From Hungateiclostridiaceae bacterium UBA1305 (GTDB taxonomy: Bacteria > Bacillota > Clostridia > Acetivibrionales > DTU013): a stretch of 64,000 nt of DNA. The notes beneath the pieces were generated by a model. That model searched no databases and was not told the DNA's origin. It saw only the letters and a list, made by a program, of their open reading frames with translations. Where the stretch lies: assembly GCA_002307275.1 (NCBI GenBank), contig DBTX01000008.1, positions 36,079-100,078 of the forward strand. The letters run 5' to 3'. Both the position numbers and the translations under genes were made by a program. Of this stretch, positions 35,773-43,365 are shown piece after piece; positions within the stretch are counted from its first letter, which is position 1, and every line of letters starts with the position of its first letter.

Positions 35773-36981
35773 TCAAAACTCCACCTTCTCCAGAGGCACA
35801 TCTGTCCTTTGTTTGACCAGCAGAGTCGGCCAGCCGATCTTTGGAACGATCTGAACAATTTTACCTTTTATATTTTGCTGAAGCACCAGATCCGAATCAG
35901 GGGTATTGTTATTGTCTCCCTTTGTACGATAGCTCCTTCCGCTTTTTCCATCCACTATTCCGATAATTCTATGTGATACAAGGAAATCTTCCATTTTAAA
36001 CTGAATAATATCTCCTTCAGACAATTTTTTCAAATCCTCTTCCTTTTGAATTTTTTCTACAAGGATCACATCTCCAGGCATTATTAGAGGCTCCATGCTG
36101 CCTGTTGCTATTACTGAAGGATAAACGGGAAATACACCTACGGCAAACCAGATGACGCCAATTGACAGTATGACTGTGACCATCCAGCCTGCGGGGTTTT
36201 CCTTAATTCTTTCAGATTTTTTGATAGCTTTTGTTTCCCTGAGATATATGCTTTGCATGACAGAAAAAAAGAAAATAGGGCACATAATTCCAATTAGCGC
36301 TGCAGTAATCCACTTAAGATTTGGCAGTATTGGAGACAGCCATTGAAATGCCTGCAATATGCCCATGTATGCCGCAGCAGGGGCAATCCCTCCGATAAAA
36401 GTCAAATAAGTGGCAAATAAATTATGACAAAAGTCTGGCACAAGATACTGCGCAATAAACTTTACAGCTTCTTCGGTATTTTTTAGTCCGGTAAATCTGG
36501 AAACCGGATAGCCAAGTAGTGTAATAAATAGTGAAATAAATATTAGCATAATAAAATTTTCTTTTTTGACAAGGCTGACTGTAATGGTTCTTCTGGCCAC
36601 TTCTCTGCCTGCCACCATTGTTCCCACAGTCAATACATTCAGCAAAATACCTGTGGCCGAGTGACTGAAGGGACTCTTCCCCAAGCCGTACAAGAGTCCT
36701 GCACAGACCTGAACTGCTATATAAACTACGGAAAATATGACAGCCCACCAAAATATATTCTGTTTTGTTCTCTCAGGTATTCCAGGATGGGCCCTGGGGA
36801 AAAGCCATATGATAAAAACCAGTAATACCCATAATAATGGCTTGATGATATTGCTGAATATCCCATAATCGATATACTTGCTTACCGGAAGGTTGTCCAA
36901 TAAATAAATAATCAGCATGAATAAGACCAGCAAAAGGCATCTGCCCTTTGTTGGCCGTGTTGGTAAATATCTCTTAAGCAT
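35773..36981 (-). CDS. sipW: Signal peptidase I, SipW/S26B (Ser-His) type, with a large polytopic N-terminal domain
   Basis: VIATGSMEP, GDVI, VSHRI (His dyad), TKGDNN..PD, IVPKIGWP; about 270 aa of multi-TM extension; GGAGG before ATG 36981. Confidence 0.88.
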   Translation of the reverse strand: MLKRYLPTRPTKGRCLLLVLFMLIIYLLDNLPVSKYIDYGIFSNIIKPLLWVLLVFIIWLFPRAHPGIPERTKQNIFWWAVIFSVVYIAVQVCAGLLYGLGKSPFSHSATGILLNVLTVGTMVAGREVARRTITVSLVKKENFIMLIFISLFITLLGYPVSRFTGLKNTEEAVKFIAQYLVPDFCHNLFATYLTFIGGIAPAAAYMGILQAFQWLSPILPNLKWITAALIGIMCPIFFFSVMQSIYLRETKAIKKSERIKENPAGWMVTVILSIGVIWFAVGVFPVYPSVIATGSMEPLIMPGDVILVEKIQKEEDLKKLSEGDIIQFKMEDFLVSHRIIGIVDGKSGRSYRTKGDNNNTPDSDLVLQQNIKGKIVQIVPKIGWPTLLVKQRTDVPLEKVEF

Positions 36982-37009
36982 TACACATTTTGCCTCCATT
37001 ATAAATTAT

Positions 37010-37759
37010 TTACTGAATAGTAGAACTATTCCCTGCATTTTCTGTTTTTACAGATTCACTTGAACCGTCTTCCGTCCCGGTCTGTGCCGGAACTGGTATT
37101 CCGTTATCTTCACTTCCCGTAGTAGTCCCTTCAGAACCATTACCTTCTATACTAACTGTACCTGCAGCAGTTCCTCCCGTATCAATACCCTCTGTAGTAA
37201 TTCCAGCTGCATTAGTGCCTTCTGTATTGCTGCCTTCTGTATTGCTGCCCTCTGTATTGCTGCCCTCTGTTGTAACTGCACCTGCATTAGTACCTTCTGT
37301 ATTGCTGCCCTCTGTTGTAACTGCACCTGCATTAGTGCCTTCTGTATTGCTGCCCTCTTCGGTAACTGCACCTGCATTACTACCTTCTGTATTAGTGCCT
37401 TCTGTATTGCCGCCCTCTGTAGTAACTGCACCTGCATTAGTGCCTTCTGTATTGCTGCCTTCTTTATTACTGCCCTCTGTGGTAACAGCATCTGAAGTAA
37501 CGCGATCCGTAGCTATGCCGCCTTCAGTAACAACTTCAGTGACTATGCCTCCAGGCGTCACACTATCCGCAGTAATTGCTGCAGGCGTTAGTTCTACAGA
37601 TGGCTTTTCCTTCAAAATTGTCTTTGTTTCATATTCCGGTCGTATCACTGTTATATGGCCTTTTATTGTCAGTCGCTCATCCCACAGACCATATCCCGCA
37701 TTAACCAGCAGGAAGGCTGCCAACGTACAAAAAAATAAGATAACTAATTTGGTTCTCAC
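37010..37759 (-). CDS. SipW-class signal peptide protein with a low-complexity T/E/G/S/N repeat tail
   Basis: GTG start after GGAGG; LLVNAGYG|LWDERLTIKGHITV, followed by TEGSN/TEGTN/AGAVT repeats. Confidence 0.8.
   Translation of the reverse strand: MRTKLVILFFCTLAAFLLVNAGYGLWDERLTIKGHITVIRPEYETKTILKEKPSVELTPAAITADSVTPGGIVTEVVTEGGIATDRVTSDAVTTEGSNKEGSNTEGTNAGAVTTEGGNTEGTNTEGSNAGAVTEEGSNTEGTNAGAVTTEGSNTEGTNAGAVTTEGSNTEGSNTEGSNTEGTNAAGITTEGIDTGGTAAGTVSIEGNGSEGTTTGSEDNGIPVPAQTGTEDGSSESVKTENAGNSSTIQ
37195..37490 (-). repeat. Intragenic 15-bp unit array (TEGSN-type pentapeptides with higher-order units)
   Basis: Recurrent GCC(C/T)TCTGTATT(G/A) and GTAACTGCACCTGCATTA blocks. Confidence 0.85.
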
Positions 37760-37772
37760 ATGCACACCTCCG

Positions 37773-38336
37773 TTATTTAGGCTGATTAAATGTATATTCT
37801 GCATTAAAATCTATGGTATCTTTATCTGCGCCTGCACTGATTTGGATCTCCTGATTCATACGATTGCCCCGATTGTCTTCCTGAGGAAAGAGTATAGTAT
37901 TTTTGCTATCCGAGCAATTTATGACATTGCCATCAGCATTCTCCAGTATACTGTCCACAAGTTCTGCGGGAACCCCACCCTTGTTCACTATTTTAAACTT
38001 GAGAACTCCATAATGGTCGGAATATTCCGGTCTGATTATCGTCATTTCTTCAGATTCCTCTGTGACCTCTTTTACGGCTTCCTCAATCGTCCCCTCCACT
38101 AATAAGGTTTTGGAATCCTGAAATGTAACTGAGAGGTTCCCACTTCCATTTACCACCTCATATTCAGTATTAGGGTCGAACTGCACATCCAGATCGCCTG
38201 TGCTTACCAATGCCGTAATGTTCATTCCGCTGTTCCAGTAAGCATAGCTGATCCCAGCCGTACTCAAGGCAATTATGACACAGGCAATTAATATGTTTTT
38301 TCCAATGAATCCATCTCTTCTTATTTTTCTTACCAC
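37773..38336 (-). CDS. SipW-class signal peptide protein (TasA-like)
   Basis: STAGISYA|YWNSGMNITALVSTGDLDVQF; FKIVNKGGVPA; probable GTG start at 38336. Confidence 0.8.
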   Translation of the reverse strand: MVRKIRRDGFIGKNILIACVIIALSTAGISYAYWNSGMNITALVSTGDLDVQFDPNTEYEVVNGSGNLSVTFQDSKTLLVEGTIEEAVKEVTEESEEMTIIRPEYSDHYGVLKFKIVNKGGVPAELVDSILENADGNVINCSDSKNTILFPQEDNRGNRMNQEIQISAGADKDTIDFNAEYTFNQPK

Positions 38337-38374
38337 TAAAGCACCACCCCGTATCAAATTACTTACTCACTTAT

Positions 38375-38989
38375 TCAGTTTCGTATTGTTAACAAATTAT
38401 TGGCATAAAGCGCTGCTTCTGTTCTATGGTTTAATCCCAGCTTTGATAGAATACAGCTTATATGCTTTTTCACAGTATGTTCCGATATAAAAAGCTCGCT
38501 GGCTATCTGATTATTGCATAAACCCTTTCCAAGTTCATATAATACTTCCTGCTCCCTGACTGTAAGCATGTCCATATTTTGCACCGTCTCATCCGTCCTG
38601 AAGTGCAACACTTCCGGATCAATAAACTTCTTCCCTCGCGCTACAACATGAAAGGCATACACTATATCTTCAATAAAGGACTCCTTAAGGATGTAGCCTT
38701 CAACGCCACTATTCTGAGCATGGAGAAAATCTTCCTTTTTCGAGGAGGAGGTCAGTACAATAAATCTTGTCGATAATTTTTGGGCTTTTACGGAACTGAC
38801 AATTTCCAGGCCGTTCTCATTACCAAGTCTCAAATCTATTATGGCAATATCAGGATTTTGTCTGGATATCAGACGCACAGCTTCCTCAACATTTGAAGCT
38901 TCCATAACAATAATACCGTCTTCCATGGCTAATGCAGATAAAAGCCCTTTTCTAACCAGAGGATGATCATCTACAATCAATACCTTCAT
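38375..38989 (-). CDS. NarL/LuxR-family response regulator
   Basis: VDDHPLVRKG receiver; LTVREQEVL...IASELFISEHTVKKH HTH. Confidence 0.95.
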   Translation of the reverse strand: MKVLIVDDHPLVRKGLLSALAMEDGIIVMEASNVEEAVRLISRQNPDIAIIDLRLGNENGLEIVSSVKAQKLSTRFIVLTSSSKKEDFLHAQNSGVEGYILKESFIEDIVYAFHVVARGKKFIDPEVLHFRTDETVQNMDMLTVREQEVLYELGKGLCNNQIASELFISEHTVKKHISCILSKLGLNHRTEAALYANNLLTIRN

Positions 38990-40698
38990 ATAATCTGCTC
39001 CTTATAGTTTTGATTATTTGGAAAACCAATTTCTATTTCTGTGCCTTTCCCAGGCTCGCTGTCAATACGTATACTTCCGTCAAGAGAGTATGTCAGTTGA
39101 TGAATATTGTTGATACCCAGACCCTTCCGCCCATTTGTCCTGGCATTTTCGACGTTGAAGCCCACTCCATTATCATAAATTTTGAGTATTGTTTCTGTTG
39201 GCCAGACTTCAAGAGTGACATCGATTTTACTTGCCTTGCCATGATGAATTGCATTTCCGATTCCTTCACATATGATTCTGTACAAGGATTTCTTTTTAAA
39301 AACGGAGAGCTGTGATGGATCCCCATTTACAATAAAGTTGATCTCATTTCCGTTCATGCTCCTTATTTCATTAATCCGGCTCCGCAGATCAGGCAAAAAG
39401 TTGTCAGTTCCCTCCTTTTGCCAGCTGAGTCCATAAATTGTTGTCCTCAGATCCTTCATAATATTCCTGATGGAATTTCGTATTAATTGCAAATCATCAT
39501 TCATCTGAACCCTGCCGAGCCCTTCCTGCTGTCTGGCTAAAGTGAATATGCCGCAGGATATGCTGAAAAGCCTTTGCAGTACACTATCATGAATCTCACT
39601 TGCAATGCGGTTTTGTTCTTCAGCAATCAACAACCTCGCATTCACATTCTCAAGCTCAATCTTTTGAAGAACTATTGAACTAAGTCCCGATAATATTTTA
39701 AGTTGTTCGACAATTGACATGTATTCATCAACGTCTTCCTGCTGCATTATTTCAATTCCCAATATCCCATATATTATGTAACTTGATTTTACAAATACCA
39801 GTAAAAACTCCTTTCCATAAAATTTCATATTAATTGGCATATCGGCATCTATACCCCTACCTGGCAATTCATCCAGCTTCGCTTTCAGTTCTTCCCTTTC
39901 AATCTCACAGCTGCCGTCCGTATCAATAATTAATTGTTTTTGATCATTTGTTATTGAATAAAACAAAACTGTTTTTGCCATTGTGGATTTTTTTGCATAG
40001 TGATTGATTAGTTCCAGAACCTGATTTGTATTATTCTGAATTGAAAGTAAATTAATTGCCTGATATAGTTCCATAATATAAACCATGGATTTTCTAATTC
40101 TTTGGTTGGCAGTATTAAGCTGTCCAACAACTGCAGAAAGTTTCCTGCTCTCCTTTTCAATGTCGCCGGCATATTTTGCAAGCAGCTGCATGGCTGTTGT
40201 GACAAGAATAAAGCTGAGCGTCAAATTTGATTCATTATTTAGTGCTTCAATAAAACTGTACGGTTTTTTAGTCAAGACAATTTGTGAAATCCAGTTTGCA
40301 ACCAGAAGGTAAATAAAGAGATTCGCCCAGCAATATCGTTTTTTTAATTCCACTGATGCAATCAGAATTGTGTTCAGGCAATACCATACATACGGACTTT
40401 TTATTCCGCCTGAAGGTATGAGGAGTAATATGTTTCCTAATGTTTCGATTGAAATCAACAGCAAAATATGAGCAGTATCACCTATATTTTTTATATAAAG
40501 GTTGCTTAAGATTACAGAGGATAAGGTTATACATATGATAATAAATAACTTTCTGCCAATTGGATGACTGGTGACCCCGATAAAATAGAATGCAGAAGTA
40601 CATATCAAGGATATATACCTGTAAAGATACATTAGCTTGATGATTTCCGATTGTCTTTTGAACATTTGAAACCTGTCTTTCAAGCTCAACATTAGCAA
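38986..40698 (-). CDS. Membrane sensor histidine kinase (HisKA_3 type)
   Basis: N-terminal TMs; EQNRIASEIHDSVLQ; EGIGNAIHHG; DNGVGF; GLG; GKGT. Confidence 0.93.
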   Translation of the reverse strand: MLMLSLKDRFQMFKRQSEIIKLMYLYRYISLICTSAFYFIGVTSHPIGRKLFIIICITLSSVILSNLYIKNIGDTAHILLLISIETLGNILLLIPSGGIKSPYVWYCLNTILIASVELKKRYCWANLFIYLLVANWISQIVLTKKPYSFIEALNNESNLTLSFILVTTAMQLLAKYAGDIEKESRKLSAVVGQLNTANQRIRKSMVYIMELYQAINLLSIQNNTNQVLELINHYAKKSTMAKTVLFYSITNDQKQLIIDTDGSCEIEREELKAKLDELPGRGIDADMPINMKFYGKEFLLVFVKSSYIIYGILGIEIMQQEDVDEYMSIVEQLKILSGLSSIVLQKIELENVNARLLIAEEQNRIASEIHDSVLQRLFSISCGIFTLARQQEGLGRVQMNDDLQLIRNSIRNIMKDLRTTIYGLSWQKEGTDNFLPDLRSRINEIRSMNGNEINFIVNGDPSQLSVFKKKSLYRIICEGIGNAIHHGKASKIDVTLEVWPTETILKIYDNGVGFNVENARTNGRKGLGINNIHQLTYSLDGSIRIDSEPGKGTEIEIGFPNNQNYKEQII

Positions 40699-41068
40699 TC
40701 ACCCGTGTATCTGTCGACTTGTCTCTGTGGTATCCTTTTGGAAAGATTATATCTTTTTTCTGTAATTATTGCCTTAATATGTAACTAATAATACATTAAG
40801 CAAAAGAATTATTTTGTAATATTGTGAACAAGTCACTATAAAATTTTAATTTACTTTTCGACAAACTAGCTTCTTATGAAAGATACCTCATTCGCTTTTG
40901 ATAAGATTTATACACTGTCCCATTCTGTAAATTAACAGAAAAACTAAAAAATATTCTTACCATTAAACTACATGGATGTTAGTAATACTACATTTATTAT
41001 CATTCATGTTATAATGGAAGTGTCATAGTCACACGTGGGAACTAGACATATGTTGAGGAAGGTTAAAG

Positions 41069-41671
41069 ATGTTTACAGATCCATCTTATGAAAACAGTGA
41101 TTTTTCCGGCATAAAAGCCGATTTTGACGAACTGCACAAGGTGAAATTCATAAAATGTTCTTTCAGGAGCGCTGATTTTTCTGATGTCACACTGAATAAC
41201 TGTTACTTTGATGCATGTGATTTTACAGGCTCGAAGCTGAATGGCTCAATCATCAAGTCCTCAGCCTTTGTAAACTGCATTTTCAGATATGCCAATTTCT
41301 TCAGCACTACTCTTGATGACTGTAAAATGACCGGCTCCTCTTTCCCGAGCACTACCTTCAAAGCCTTCTCCATAACAGCGGGGAACTGGTCCTATACAAT
41401 ACTGACCGACGTTGATTTCAGCAATATGAAGCTCTACAACATCAATTTTGAATATGCGAATTTATCCAACTGCAACTTTTCCAAATCAATTGTCAGCGGC
41501 TGCAATTTTTCCAATGCAAAGTTGAACGGCTCAAGCTTCAAATCCGCTGATATCAGAAACAGTTGTATCGAAAATGTTGAGATCATGCAGCTTAATCTGA
41601 GGGATGCAAAAATAGATATGGAACAAGCTATTATCATAGCAAGGGCTTTAGGAGCAAAATATGTACCGTAA
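41069..41671 (+). CDS. Pentapeptide repeat protein (Qnr/MfpA-like fold)
   Basis: Continuous repeats such as CSFRSADFSDV and CNFSNAKLNGSSFKSADIR. Confidence 0.9.
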   Translation: MFTDPSYENSDFSGIKADFDELHKVKFIKCSFRSADFSDVTLNNCYFDACDFTGSKLNGSIIKSSAFVNCIFRYANFFSTTLDDCKMTGSSFPSTTFKAFSITAGNWSYTILTDVDFSNMKLYNINFEYANLSNCNFSKSIVSGCNFSNAKLNGSSFKSADIRNSCIENVEIMQLNLRDAKIDMEQAIIIARALGAKYVP

Positions 41672-41763
41672 TAAGTTGAAAAATTTCAAGTCAATGAATA
41701 GAATACAAGTGAAATAATCGTTAATCCTATTTTTTTCATTTTATATAATTTACGAGGTACGAC

Positions 41764-43215
41764 ATGGCCAGAAAATCCTATATCACAAGCATGCCGGACA
41801 AAACAGGGGCATTCCTGCTGGCATCGAAAATTATTGCAAGGCACAACGGCAACATTGTGCGCGTGAGCTACAACAAGGCGGTCGACCTGCACACGCTCTT
41901 TATCGATGTTGAGGCATCCGACAGAGATCTCGGGGCGATAGCGGACGAATTGGAAAGCATAGGTTATTTAAATAACAAAATATCAGAGACCCGGGTAATT
42001 GTTGTTGAAATCAAGATACCTGACGAGCCCGGGGCTGTCCTTCCCATACTTAAAATTCTCGACAGATACGACGTCAACATTTCCTATATGAATTCAAACT
42101 CTAATGACACAAGGTTTCAGAACTTTAAGATGGGGCTGCTTATTGAAAATCCCAGGATAATAAAAATGCTGCTCGACGATATCAGCGAGCTCTATCAGAT
42201 CGATATCGCAGACTATGACGATTCTGAGAAAACGCTTGATAATACGATCTTCTACATCCGGCTTGCAAACGAAATGCAAAAGCTCATGGATCTGGATACG
42301 GATAAAACAATGGAGTTCATCGCCGAATCGAACAGGATATTGCAGACACTTGAAGAAATCGGTGAGAACCCGCATAAAGTCTTTGAGTACATCCGCCGTT
42401 TTGCATACTTTATCAGCAGACACCGCGGAGAGCATTACAGAGCTGAAACAGCAAAATACATCATAAACGATACGGTCACCCTTTATGCAATACACCCCCC
42501 CTGCGGAAGCAACACTTATGTTCTGGATTCTCAGGAGGAACTGCTACTGATCGACACCGGATATGCCGTCTATGCGGATGAACTGATGAGTGCCCTGGAC
42601 AATCTGTGCCCCGGCTGGAAAAGCCGCTGCAGGAGGGTTCTGATCACACACGCGGATGTCGACCACTGCGGTCTGCTCTCCAAGCTGGAAAACGTCCGGA
42701 TCTGCCTGAACCGTAAAAGCGCCGACAGCCTGGAGCGTCAGATATCAGGAAAACCGGATTTCAGAGAAAACAGCGAATTGAATCTGGGATACAGCAAGCT
42801 CAGCAGGATCATTTCCGGATACGCGCCGCCGGATGCCACCCGTTTTGAACTGTTTGACAAGGATACACCCCAGGAGCATGACACATTGCTCCATATCGGT
42901 AGGTTCTCCTTCTCCGGTGTGGATTTTGAAGTGTTTGAAGGCAGCGGAGGCCATCTGGATGGTGAAATGGTTTTTGCATGCAGAGAATACGGCATCCTTT
43001 TCACAGGCGACAATCTGGTCAATATCAGCGGCTTCTCGGAAGAGATGTCGGAATTCAATTCACTGGCTCCCTATCTGATGCGAAGTGTCAATATCGATTC
43101 GCAGAAGGCAACGGATGTGAGAAAGCAGATCAATGAACTGATCGAAGCTATACAAAAAGGTCTTCAAAAACCGGTAATGGTCTGCGGCGGACATGGACCT
43201 GTTTTTAGCCGTTAA
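41764..43215 (+). CDS. Tandem ACT domains fused to a metallo-beta-lactamase-fold hydrolase
   Basis: MPDKTGAF and IPDEPGAV ACT starts; LIDTG, THADVDH, GH, FTGD, CGGHG. Confidence 0.85.
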   Translation: MARKSYITSMPDKTGAFLLASKIIARHNGNIVRVSYNKAVDLHTLFIDVEASDRDLGAIADELESIGYLNNKISETRVIVVEIKIPDEPGAVLPILKILDRYDVNISYMNSNSNDTRFQNFKMGLLIENPRIIKMLLDDISELYQIDIADYDDSEKTLDNTIFYIRLANEMQKLMDLDTDKTMEFIAESNRILQTLEEIGENPHKVFEYIRRFAYFISRHRGEHYRAETAKYIINDTVTLYAIHPPCGSNTYVLDSQEELLLIDTGYAVYADELMSALDNLCPGWKSRCRRVLITHADVDHCGLLSKLENVRICLNRKSADSLERQISGKPDFRENSELNLGYSKLSRIISGYAPPDATRFELFDKDTPQEHDTLLHIGRFSFSGVDFEVFEGSGGHLDGEMVFACREYGILFTGDNLVNISGFSEEMSEFNSLAPYLMRSVNIDSQKATDVRKQINELIEAIQKGLQKPVMVCGGHGPVFSR

Positions 43216-43365
43216 ATAATTTTTCCCATATTTATTTCAGACACACATAAAAAAACGACGTATTATCCCATGTTCACGTAAATAAAATCCCGGGGGCATC
43301 GAGCCCGACCGGATTTAGGAGCAAGCCAGCACTATGCTCCGCAAAAAAACGAGCAGGAGCATTCA

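Noticed and set aside
37215-38102. 295-aa plus-strand ORF with PSVLL repeats (and 37147-37491 minus in another frame)
   Set aside because: Shadow frames of the TEGSN repeat gene, which has the RBS and SipW signal.
43318-43355. preQ1-I riboswitch (short stem plus A-rich tail)
   Set aside because: Loop lacks the preQ1 consensus and the downstream genes are unrelated to queuosine.
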